Positions 47,579 through 59,134 of a stretch of 64,000 nt of DNA are shown here, piece by piece; within the stretch, counting starts at the first letter, position 1, and the number at the start of each line of letters is the position of its first letter. Origin of the DNA: Squalus acanthias (taxonomy: Eukaryota). The stretch spans positions 137,952,001-138,016,000 of the forward strand of contig CM059432.1 of assembly GCA_030390025.1 (NCBI GenBank), read 5' to 3'. A program made the translations under genes and the position numbers. The notes under the pieces were generated by a model. It was not told where the DNA came from. It did no database searches and saw only the letters and a list, made by a program, of their open reading frames with translations.

Positions 47579-48629
47579 TTTTAAATAAAACTGTTGGACT
47601 ATAACCTGGTGTTGTGCGACTTCTCATTTTTGTCCACCCCAGTCCAACACCGGCATCTTCGCATCATGTCTCTAAATTGTCAGACTGCTTGTCCGACATC
47701 CAGTACTGGATGTGCAGAAATTTTCTCCAATTAAATATTGGGAAGACGAAAGCCATTGTTTTCAGTCCCCGCCACAAACTCCGTTCCCTAGCCACTGACT
47801 CCATCCCTCTCCCTAGCATCTGTCTGAGGCTGAACCAGACTGTTCGCAACCTTGGTGTCATATCTGACCCTGAAATGAGCTTCCGGCCACATATCAGCAG
47901 CATAACTAAGACCGCCTATTTCCACCTCTGTAACATTGCCCGCCATTGCCCCTGCCTCAGCTCATCTGCTGCTGAAACCCTCATCCATGCCTTTGTTACC
48001 TCTAGACTTGACTATTCTAATGCACACCTGGCTGGCCTCCCACATTCCACCCTACGTAAACTTGAGGTCATCCAAGACTCGGCTGCTCATGTCCTAACTC
48101 GCACCAAGTCCCGTTCACCCATCACCCCTGTGCTCGCTAACCTCCATTGGCTCCTGGTTAAGCAATGCCTCGATTTCAAAATTCTCATCCTTGTTTTCAA
48201 ATCCATCCATGGCCTCGCCCCTCCCCATCTCTGGAATATCCTTCAGCCCCACAACCACTCTGAGATATCTACGCTCCTCAAATTCTGCCCTCTTGAGAAT
48301 CCCTGATTATAATCGCTCAACCATCGGTGGCCGTGCCTTCAGCTGCCTGGGCTCTAAGCTCTGGAATTCCCTCCTAAATCTCTCCGCCTCTCTACTTCTC
48401 TTTCCTCCTTTAAGACACTCCTTAAAACCTACCTCTTTGACCAAGCTTTTGGCCTTCTGCCCTCATATCATCTTATGTGGCTCAGTGTCAAATTTTGTTT
48501 GATAACACTCCTGTGAAGCACCTTGGGATGTTTTACTACGTTAAAGGCACTATATATATACAAGTTGTCATTGTTGTTGTTGTTGTTGTTGTACTCCTAA
48601 CAATGCTGGAAACTCTATGGTTAATAGGT

Positions 48630-49392
48630 CTTCTTCTTTTAGGCAGTCCCTCGGAACCGAGGATGACTTGCTTCCACATTAAAAATGAGTTCGCAGGTGA
48701 CTGATGAGTCCAATGTGGGACCTACAGTCTCTGTCACAGGTGGGGCAGACGGTGGTTGAAGGGGCGGGTGGGTGGGGCGCTTGGGTTGACGTGCGCTCCT
48801 TGCGCTGCCTGCGCTTGGCTTCTGCTTGCTCCCGGCGAAGAGACTCGAGGTATTCGGTGCCTTCCCGGATGCTTCTCCTCCACTTTGTGCGGTCTTGGGC
48901 CAGGGATTCCCAGGTGTCGGTGGGGATGTTACACTTTTTCAAGGAGGCTTTGAGGGTGTCCTTGAAGCGTTTCCTCTGCCCACCTGGGGCTCTCTTGCCG
49001 TGCCGGAGCTCCAAGTAGAGCGCTTGTTTTGGGAGTCTCGTATCGGGCATGCGGACAATGTGACCCGTCCATCGGAGCTGATCGAGCGTGGTCATAGCTT
49101 CGATGCTGGGGATGTTGGCCTGAGCAAGAACACTGACGTTGGTGCACCTATCCTGCCAATAGATTTGCAGGATCTTGCGGAGGCAGCGTTGATGGTACCT
49201 CTCCAGTGCTTTGAGGTGCCTGCTGTACATGGTCCATGTCTCTGAGGCATACAGGAGGGCGGGTATCACTGCTGCTCTGTAGACCATGAGCTTAGTGCCG
49301 GGTTTGAGGTCCTGGTCTTCAAACACTCTCTTCCTCAGGCGACCGAAGGCTGCACTGGCACACTGAAGGCGGTGTTGGACTTCGTCGTCGAC
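48630..49392 (-). mobile_element. RTE (BovB-like) LINE 3' fragment with 7-bp TSD
   Basis: ORF 48679..49326: TKLMVYRAAVIPALLYASETW..LRWTGHIVRM..RLPKQALY..CPTC..SHLRTH; TSD AATAGGT (48623-48629, 49393-49399). Confidence 0.9.
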
Positions 49393-49480
49393 AATAGGTA
49401 GAAAACTGCTGTCAACCGTAAACTACCTGTGCTGATAGCATTTACCAGAAAATAAAGGGGTATAAAGAATATTGGACAAA

Positions 49481-50340
49481 TCCAATTGGCCAATTACCAC
49501 CCCATCAGTCCACTCTCAGTCATCAGCAAAGTGATGGAAGGTGTCGTCAACAGTGCTATCAAGCGGCACTTACTCACCAATAACCTGCTCACCGATGGTC
49601 AGTTTGGGTTCTGCCAGGACCACTCGACTCCAGACCTCATTGCAGCCTTGGTCCAAACATGGACAAAAGAGCTGAATTCTAGAGGTGAGGTGAGAGTGAC
49701 TGCCCTTGCCATCAAGGCAGCATTTGACCGAGTGTGGCATCAAGGAGCCCTAGTAAAATCGAAGTCAATGGGAATCAGGAGCAAAACTCTCCACTGGCTA
49801 GAGTCATACCTAGCACAAAGAAAGATGGCTGTGGTTGTTGGAGGTCAATCATCTTAGCCCCAGGACATCGCTGCAGGAGTTCCTCAGGGCAGTGTTCTAG
49901 TCCCAAGCATCTTCAATGACCTTCCCGCCATCATAAGGTCAGAAGTGGGGATGTTTGCTGATGATTGCAGTGTTCAGTTCTATTCGCAACTCCTCAGGTA
50001 ATGAAGCAGTCCGTGCCGCATGCAGCAAGGCCTGGGAGACATTCAGGCTTGGGCTGATAAGTGGCAAGTAACATTCGCGCCACTGTGGGGAACGATAGAA
50101 CAGTTCTCTTCGACAGCACCTTCCAAATTCTTCGACAGCGCCTCCCGTGACCTGTACCACCAAGAATGCAGCAGGCTCATGGGAACACCATCACCTGCAA
50201 GTTCCCCTCCAAGTCACACAGAATCCTGACTTGGAAATATATCGTCGTTCCTTCATCATCGCTGGGTCAAAATCCTGGAACTCACTCCCTAACAGCACTG
50301 TGGGAGCACCTTCATCTCACAGACTGCAGTGGTTCAAGAA
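49481..50340 (+). mobile_element. Decayed RT fragment of a distinct CR1/Jockey-group LINE
   Basis: NYHPISPLSVISKVME, QFGF, IKAAFDRVWH, GVPQGSVL, FADD; internal deletions. Confidence 0.75.
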
Positions 50341-50404
50341 AACCTCTACACCTCACTACCCCTTAATTCTTCTTTGACCAAGCTTTTGGTCATCTGCCCT
50401 AATA

Positions 50405-50830
50405 CAGGAAACTTTTGTTTATCCGGCACCCAAATATCCGGAATTCTCGCTTAACCGGCAAAAATCATCCTCCGAAAACTCCTCTCAAATAACCGGCAAT
50501 GTTGCCGAGTCGCAGTCGAGTCTCCGCGAACGCCGAGTACTCCGAAAACTCCTCTCAAATAACTGGCAATGTTGCTGATCCCGAGTCCGAGTCCGAGTCC
50601 GCGAACGCCGATTTTAGTCAGTAGGGGTAGTTTTCAAAAGTGCCACTACTCGGCCTCCTGGCGCTGTCGGAAGTCCGAAACACTGCAGTAGCAGGAGTTG
50701 ATTCTCCCGCGCTGCCTGGAGTCTCTTTGTTAAAAATAGCCTCGGTAGATATAACTCTCCGTTATCCGGTACTTTCGATAAACCGGCACCACGCCGGTCC
50801 CGTCGGTGCCGGTTAATAAAGAGTTTCCTG
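50405..50830. mobile_element. Tc1/mariner (pogo/Tigger-like) MITE, 426 bp, inside an L2 3' tail (50370-50404 and 50831-50940)
   Basis: 26-bp TIR CAGGAAACT...CCGGCACC (22/26) and TA TSD. Removal restores the L2 sequence CTGCCCTAATATCTCCTTATGTGGCTCGG. Confidence 0.88.
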
Positions 50831-51039
50831 TATCTCCTTATGTGGCTCGGTGTCAAATTTTGTTTGATAATCGCTCCTGTGAAGCGCCTTGGGACATTTT
50901 TACTACGTTAAAGGCGCTATATAAATGCAAGTTGTTGTTGAATAGTAAAAATATTAAAATAATATCATTTTGGTGCCCATAGATCAGAGCAGATTGATAT
51001 GCTTAAAGACTGAAATTTAGGATTCCTCAAGAATATTTA

Positions 51040-51362
51040 AGCCCACCACTCTTCATCTAACCCGATCAGCATAACCTTCTATTCCTTTCTCCCCTAAAGG
51101 CATCTATGCTATTCACCTCAACCACTCCTCGTGGCAGCGAGTTCCACATTCTAACCACACTCTGGGTAAAGAAGTTTCTCTGAATTCCCTATTGGATTTA
51201 TTGGTGATTATCTTATATTTACGGCCCCTAGTTTTGGTCTCCCCACAAGTGGAAACATCTACTCTACGTCTACCCTATCAAACCCCTTTAAAATTTTAAA
51301 GACCTCTATTAGGTCACACCTCAGCCTTCTCTTTTCGAGAGAAAAGAGCCCCAGTCTGTTCA
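51040..51362 (-). mobile_element. CR1 3' fragment that continues at 54717-54770 after a nested CR1
   Basis: Colinear with 62864-63375 once the insert is removed; TGTTCA at both junctions. Confidence 0.75.
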
Positions 51363-54300
51363 TAGAATCATAGAATGGTTACAGCACAGAAGGAGGTCAT
51401 TTGACCCATCGAGCCCGTGCCGGCTCTCTGCAAGAGCACTTCAGCTAGTCCCACTTCCCCGCCCTTTCCCCTGTAGCCCTGCATTTCTTTTTCCTTCAGG
51501 TACTTATCCAATTCCCTTTTGAAAGCCACGATTGAATCTGCCTCCACCACCCTCTCAGGCAGTGCATTCCAGATCACAACCACTCGTTGGGAAAAAAGTT
51601 TTTCCTCATGTCGCCAATCACCTTAAATCTGTGTCCTCTGGTTCTTGACCCTTCCGCCAATGGGAACAGTTTATCTCTATCTACTCTGTCTAGGTTTTGA
51701 ACACCTCTCTCAAATCTCCTCTCAACCTTCTCTGCTCTAAGGAGAACAATCCCAGCTTCTCCAGTCTATCCATGTAACTGAAGTCCCTCATTCCTGGAAT
51801 CATTCTTGTAAATCTTTTCTCTAAGGCCTTTACATCCCTCCTAAAGTGTGGTGCCCAGAATTGAACACAGTACTCTAGTTGAAGCTGAACCAGTGTTTTA
51901 TAAAGGTTCATCATAACTTCCTTTCTTTTGTACTCTATGCCTCTACTTATAAAGCCCAGGAACCCATATACTTTTTTAGCCGCTTTCTCAACCTGCACTG
52001 CCACTTTCAATGATTTGTGCACATATACCCTCAGGTGTCTTTGTTCCTGCACCTCCTTTAGAATTGTACCCTTTAGTTTACTTTGTCTCTCCTCATTCTT
52101 CCTACCAAAATGTATCACTTTGTGCTTTTCTGCATTAAATTTCATCTGCCACGTGTCCACCCTTCCACCAGCCTGTCTATGTCCTCTTGAAGTCTATCAC
52201 TATCCTCCTTACGTTTCACTATACTTCCAAGTTTTGTATCATTTGCAAATTTTGAAATTGTGCCCTGTACACCCAAGTCTAAGACACTAATATATATCAA
52301 GGAAAGCAGTGGTCCTAGAACTGACCCCTGGGGAACAGCACTGAACACCTTCCTCCAGTCTGAAAAACAACCGTTCACCACTACTCTCTATTTCCTACAA
52401 CTTAACCAATTTCATATCCATGCTGCCACTGTCCCTTTATTCCATGGGCTTTCAACTTTGCTGGCAAGCCTATTATGGAGCACTTTATCAAACACCTTTT
52501 GGAAGTCCATATACACCATATCAACTGCATTGCCCTAATCTACACTCTCTGTTACATCATCAAAAAACTCTATCAAGTTAGTTAAACACAATTTGTCTTT
52601 AACAAATCTGTGCTGGCTTTCCTTAATTAATCCACACTTGTCCAAGTGACTGTTAATTTTGTCCTGGATTATCATTTCTTAAAGCTTCCCCACCACCGAG
52701 GTTAAACTGACTGGCCTGTAGTTGCTGGGTTTATCCGTACACCCTTTTTTTGAACAAGGGTGTAACATTTGCAATTCTCCAGTCCTCTGGCACCACCCCC
52801 GTATCCAAGGAGGATTGGAAGTTATGGCCAGTACCTCCACAATTTCCACATTTACTTCCCTCAGCATCCTAGGATGCATCCCATCAGTCCTGGTGACTTA
52901 TCTACTTTAAGTACAGCCAGCCTTTCTAGTACCTCCTCTTTATCAATTTTTATCCCATCCAGTATCTCAACTACCTCCTCTTTCACTATCACTTTGGCAG
53001 CATCTTCTTCCTTGGTAAAGACAGATGCAAAGTACTCATTTAGTACCTCAGCCATGCCCTCTGCCTCCATGTGTAGGTTTCTTTTTTGGTCCCTAATTGG
53101 CCCCACCCCTCCTCTTACTACCCGTTTACTATTTATATGCCTATAGAAGACTTTTGGATTCCCTTTTATATTAGCTGCCAGTCTATTCTCATACCCTCTC
53201 TTTGCCTCTCTTATTTCCTTTTTCACTTCCCCTCTGAACTTTCTATATTCAGCCTGGTTCTCACTTGTACTCTGAACCTGACATCTGGCATATGCCCCCT
53301 TTTTCTGCTTCATCTTACTCTCTAGCTCTTTTGTCATCCAGGGAGCCCTGGCTTTGGTTACTCTACCTTTCCCTCTCATGGGAATGTACCTCGACTGTAC
53401 CCGAACCATCTCCTTTTTAAAGGCAGCCCATTGTTCAATTACAGTTTTGCCGCCAATCTTTGATTCCAATTTACCCGGGCCAGATCCATTCTCAACCCAC
53501 TGAAATTGGCCGTTCTCCAATTAAGTATTTTTACTCTAGATTGCTCCCTGTCCTTTTCCATAGCTAATCTAAACCTTATGATACTATGATCACTGTTCCC
53601 TAAATGTTCCCCTACTGACACTTGATCCACTTGACCCACCTCATTCCCCAGAACCAGATCCAGCAATGCCTCCTTCCTCGTTGGGCTGGAAACGTAGTGA
53701 TCAAGAAAGTTCCCCTGAACACACTTCAGAAATTCTTCCCCTCTCTGCCCTTTACACTATTACTATCCCAGTCTCTATTAGGATAATTGAAGTCCCCCAT
53801 TATCACTACTCTATAGTTCTTGCACCTCTGAATTTCGCTGCAAATTTGCTCCTCTATATCTTCCCACTAGTTGGTGGCCTATAGAATACACCTAGTAGTG
53901 TAATGGCATCTCTATTGTTTCTTAACTCTAACCAAATAGATTCTGTCCATGACCCCTCCAGGACATCCTCTCTCTCCAGCACTGTAATATTCTCCTTAAT
54001 CAATACTGCCAGCCCACCTCCTTTCTTTCCTTCCCTATCTTTCCTGAAAACTTATATCCAGGAACATTTAGTAACCAATCCTGCCCTTTTTTGAGCCAGG
54101 TCTCCATTACCACCATGATATCATATTCCCTGCAGCTCATCACCCTTATTTACCATGCTTTGTACGTTTACACACATGCGCCGTAAACTGATCTTGGACC
54201 TTCTTGTATTCTCTCTTAGTCTGACCTCACCTATTTCTTATTCTAGAGCTATCTGTCTCTCTCAATCCTTTGTGCACCTTGTTTATCTTTCTAATGCTAC

Positions 54301-54716
54301 ATCCTGGTGCTCATCCCCCTGCCAAATTAGTTTAAACCCTCCTCAACAGCACTAGCAACCGCCCCCCCACCCCTGGCCCCCGCCAGGACATTGGTCCCGG
54401 CTCTGTTAAGGTGCAACCCGTCCAGCCTGTATAGGTCCCACCTCCCCCAGAACCGGTCCCAATGTCCCAGGAATCTAAAGCCTGCACCATCTCTCCAGCC
54501 ACACATTCATCTGCTCTATCCTCCTATTTCTATACTCACTAGCTCGTGGCACCAGGAGTAATCTGGAGATTACTACCCCTGAGGCCCTGCTTATTAATCT
54601 CTTTCCTAACTCCCTAAAATCTGCCTGCAGGACCTCATCCCTCTTTCTACCTATGTCATTGATACCGATATGGCCCACGACCTCTGGCTGTTCACCCTCC
54701 CCCTTCAGAATGTTCA
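51363..54716 (-). mobile_element. CR1 LINE, 3.35 kb, from the ORF1 esterase to the 3' tail, decayed
   Basis: VGHIGINDIG (ORF1), LGNSDH, LNEYFASVFT, NYRPVSLTS, VPQGSVLGP, FAND, LEYCVQFWAP; (TTCTATGA)n tail. Confidence 0.9.
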
Positions 54717-55170
54717 ATCTTTCCTGATAGTTGTATCCTCTCAGTTCTGGTATCAGCCTTATACATCTTTTTGTTGCACCTCCTCCAGTGCCTCAGTATC
54801 CTTTTAGGACCAAGATTTATACCTATGTATTGTCACATCAGGAGTTACTAACCTCAACCAGATCATCAGTGCTAGGAGCCATGCAGAAGCCAGGTTCTTC
54901 TCCACAATACCTCCAGCAGGTAAACAATGGCCCGCTCTTCCAACTGCTCTCATATGCCTTCTAGTGACTAACTCAAGAACTGCGTCGGTAGAGGCTGGAA
55001 ACAAGGTGCATGCAGATTCTCTTAGTTGGATAATTGCGCAGGATGGCGGGAGAACTAAAGAGAAGGGTCAGGGGCTTCCAAATGGCACATTGGGTGATGG
55101 TGGTATGAAGCCATATGGACTAGAAAAAAGATTTGGGGAGGGAGTAGAAATAGAAGGTAGAAAGTAAAGT

Positions 55171-55755
55171 TCAAAATGTTACGGCGCTGGTTAGGCCACA
55201 ACTGGAGTTTTGCATCCAGTTCTGGTCACCACACTTTAGGAAGGATGTGAAGGCCCTTGAGAGGGTGCAGAGGAGATTTACCAGAATGGTTCTGGGGATG
55301 GGGGATCTTAGCTACAAGGACAGGTTGGAGAAACTGGATTTGTTTTCATTTGAGCAAAGGAGGTTGAGGGGTGACCTGATAGAGGTGTACAAGATTATGA
55401 CGGGGTTGGATAGGCTAGACGGGGAAAGGCTGTTCCCACTAGTTGGTGGTACAAGGACTAGGGGACACAGATTTAAGGTTTTGGGCAAGAGATACAGGGG
55501 GGATGCGAGGAAAAACTTTTTTACGCAGCGAGTGGTGAGGACCTGGAACTCGCTGCCGACGGAAGTGGTGGAAGCGGAGACACTCAATGTTTTCAAGGGG
55601 AGACTGGATAGGCACTTGAGGGAAATAAACTTGCAGGGCTACGGGATTAGAGCGGGGGAATGGGACTGACTGGATTGCTCTACAGAGAGCCGGCACGGAC
55701 TCGATGGGCCGATTGGCCTCCTTCTGTGCCGTTATGACTCTATGACTATGACTCT
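55171..55755 (+). mobile_element. CR1 3' fragment
   Basis: ORF 55247..55669 and (CTATGA)n tail. Confidence 0.9.
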
Positions 55756-55973
55756 AAATCACAACGGATATACTCATAATAGAGAGAGTTGGTTTCAAGT
55801 GACTGCAGCAGACACACCTTGCAGTTAACCATATGGCAATGCAAGTGTCATAAAAGCAAATGTATGGGTCTAAGACAAAAATGTTAGAAGTTTGATATTG
55901 AAATTAGATCATTTAATTTAACAGTGTAGTTTTGATATAGGAAAAGCCTGTTGGTGAGTTTTTACTACTGCTA

Positions 55974-56829
55974 CAACAACAACAACAACTTGTATTTATA
56001 TAGCGCCATTAACGTAGTACAACGTCCCAAGGCGCTGCACAGGAGTATTAAAAGACAAAATATTTGACACCGAGCCACATAAGGAGAAATTAGGGCAGGT
56101 GACCAAAAGCTTGGTCAAAGAGGTAGGTTTTAAGGAGCATCTTAAAGGAGGAGAGAGAGGTAGCGAGGCGGAGAGGTTTAGGCAGGGAATTCCAGAGCTT
56201 AGGGCCTAGGCAACAGAAGGCACGGCCACCAATGGTTGAGCGAGTATAATCAGGGATCCTCAAGAGGGCAGAATTAGAGGAGCGCAGATATCTTCGGGCA
56301 GGGAGGTTGTGGGACTGAAGGAAATTACAGAGATTGGAAGGGGCGAGGCCATGGAGGGATTTGAAAACAAGGATGAGAATTTTGAAATCGAGGCGTTGCT
56401 TAACTGGGAGCCAATGTGGGTCAGCGAGCACAGGGGTGATGGGTGAACGGGACTTGGTGCGAGTTAGGACACGGGCAGCCGAGTTTTGGATCACCTCAAG
56501 TTTACGTAGGGTAGAATGTGGGTGGCCAGCCAGGAGTGTGTTGGAATAGTCAAGTCTAGAGGTAACAAAAGGCATGGATGAGGGTTTCAGCAGCGGATGA
56601 GCTGATGCAGGGTCGGAGACGGGCAATGTTACGGAGGTGGAAATAGGCGGTCTTAGTTATGCTGCGGATATGTGGTCGGAAGCTCAAATATGACACCCAG
56701 GTTGCGAACAGTGTGGTTCAGCCTCAGACAGATGTTAGGGAGAGGGATGGAGTCGGTGGCTAGGGAACGGAGTTTGTGACGAGGACCGAAAACAATGGCT
56801 TCGGTCTTCCCAATATTTAATTGGAGAAA
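55974..56829 (-). mobile_element. L2 3' fragment
   Basis: FVTSRLDYSN..LKTYLFDQAFGHLP; (CAA)n on the plus strand. Confidence 0.9.
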
Positions 56830-57387
56830 TTACTAGTCCTCCAAATTGTTTTTTGGATGTTTTCCATAGCTTAGTCCCCGGTGCAGTAACAGATCCTCAT
56901 GCACTTTGCTGAAAATGTTGTTGTTATATCAAACCGAAGAAACTTTAAATTCAACTTGCAATAAATACACATGTATAATTGTTTAATAGACAGAAGATCC
57001 CATATTCTGCTGCAGTATCAAACTTCAAAATTAAGGCATATTGCCCTAGTATAAGCCATACATTATATGGACTTCAATTAGGACATTACAACATACTGAC
57101 AGCCAATACGCTCAAACGCTATCATGCTTAAGCTGATGCCAATTCTTGCCCTCGGCATATTTCCTATTCACTGGTAAACTAATCAAACACATTCTCAGCC
57201 CATTATAACCTCAACAAAATTTAAAACAAACTTCTGCAGTAAGTTTTGTATACAAATAATATAAATGCTTTGGATCTCCTCCTGTGATGCACAAGAGAAG
57301 TCAAGACCATGGTGAAGTGGGATTAGAAGATTGAGAATCACTGACTCAAGGCACACAGACGTAATTCAGTCCCCATTTTAAAGTTAT

Positions 57388-57572
57388 ATAGAATCATACA
57401 GCACAGAAGGAGGCCATTCGGCCCATCATGCCTGTGCCGGCTCTTTGAAAGAGCTATCCAATTAGTCTCACTCCCCCGCTCTTTTCCCATAGCCCTGAAA
57501 ATGTTTCTTTTTCAAGTATATATCCAATTCTCTTTTGAAAGTTACTATTGAATCAGCTTCCACCACCCTTTA
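57388..57572 (-). mobile_element. CR1 3' tail fragment
   Basis: Matches 51363-51560. Confidence 0.8.
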
Positions 57573-58640
57573 GGTTGTGCCAATGTTCACATTTATAATA
57601 GAAATTGCGTATGTAAACATGTCACACTATAATTACACCCTCCTGCCAGTGGTGGCGCTGCAGCCATTATAAATGTGGACATAGGAATTTATAACGGGAT
57701 AAAATTGGCAGGAATTGCATGCAGATTAAAATTTTCAAAATATTCTGCCTTATCTTAATACTCTCTTTGTGGTTTGGAATAGATCTGAACACAATTGTTA
57801 TTCCCCTCGCCAAGGAATTCATGCACTTTAAAAAATATATATTACAGTCCACTGGTTGCTTTTTTCAGAAATAAGCAAGAAGTGCAACCTCGACAATATT
57901 ATCAAATCAAAGGATTTATATTTTCAGCGATTGGTCACTGGGCCTTGGGGTTTGGTTGCGTTGGCGTCATGCCAAAGGCCAGTTGGAGAAAAGTAGTCGC
58001 GCTTGTCTCAAGAGCTGGGTAGTGCTTTCCTTAAATTGTTAATGTTGACAGTCAGCGATCAGCGCAGTGGAGGGGCGGGACTTTACGGGACAAGTTGGCT
58101 TGACTCACATCCCCTGTCACTTCATTACTCTCCTGCCTAGTTGCAGCGTACGTCACTAATGTAATACAAGAAATTAAACAACAGGGGATATGTTGTACAA
58201 TAATCGCTAACTTGTAACCTCCCCCCCCCCCCCCCCGCCCAAGGCATATACTGTGCAACCGCTGTTTATGTTTTTGGTTGCATCTTATACCAACAGAAGT
58301 GCACGAAAACAATCTTCAAAAGTTAATTCAAGTCAACGGAACCCAAGACGTGTTTTTTTATCTCTGCATTTCTATATATTTGCTCCTAATACAAGGCGCC
58401 TCGGTAAGTTGGTGGTGTCTGCAGAAAGCAGCGTTTGGTATTTTCAACATGATCATATATAAAATGGTATTATCAATGATGATAGATGCATATATAAAGT
58501 GTAACGTAAACTGCTTACGTCTTTGAAAATGATGCATACACACACACACGCATAGCCAGAATAATACGCACAAGTTGCAATTTTTATTACAATGCACGGA
58601 GCTGGGTGATTGGTTGGCGAGGACTTATATGTATATTTAC

Positions 58641-58683
58641 CATAAATCGTAAAGAGGTTTCGTTTCTCTAGAGACAGTTGCAT
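58641..58683 (-). CDS. Candidate first coding exon (MQLSLEKRNLFTIY + 1 nt, phase 1)
   Basis: AAATATGC start with A at -3 and G|GTAAAT donor, inside the promoter-like island. No homology recognised. Confidence 0.3.
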
Positions 58684-58826
58684 ATTTAGTGGAGTGGATT
58701 GTTTTTCCGTTGCAAAGGGAGTGATTTGCACAAGCGGTTGTGACTGTGTGAGGAAATTCCTTGATGAAGTAAGTACAATGAGGCAGATGTTGCAAAAATA
58801 AATTTAAAAGAGCTTTATGTTTGTAT

Positions 58827-59134
58827 GAGAGAGAAGGGCAAAGAGAGAGAGAGAGAGAGGGAGCTGGATTCAGCTGCGAGCATCGTTTCTTTTCCCTTCT
58901 GGGGTGTGTAGCAGTGTTTTTTTTTAAATTTGCTCCGAGATTGCTGTTGTCGCTTTGAGGGGAACATAGCAAGCACGGTGTGTGTGTGTCCTTGGACACT
59001 GCTCTTCCCGATTGCAGACAGTGGCTGCTGCAAATGGACAGAGAGAGAGAGAGAGAGAATGGAACGCGGTCCGGAGCTCGAGCTGAGCTGCTTTGTTGCC
59101 GCTGCTCCAGGGGTTTCACACACACACACACACA
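58827..59134. repeat. Microsatellite cluster: (GA)n at ~58842 and ~59040, (TG)n at ~58978, (CA)n at ~59117
   Basis: Directly visible. Confidence 0.9.

Larger units (their letters stand above)
47455..47666. mobile_element. Penelope-derived 212-bp fold-back insertion with a 13-bp TSD
   Basis: TSD TGTCTCTAAATTG (47442-47454, 47667-47679); 85-bp arms 47453-47537 and 47542-47626 with one mismatch. Confidence 0.88.
47149..48591 (+). mobile_element. L2 3' 1.2 kb, split by the Penelope hairpin
   Basis: GVPQGSILGP, YTDD, VRNLGV, SRLDYSN; (TTG)n tail. Confidence 0.9.
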
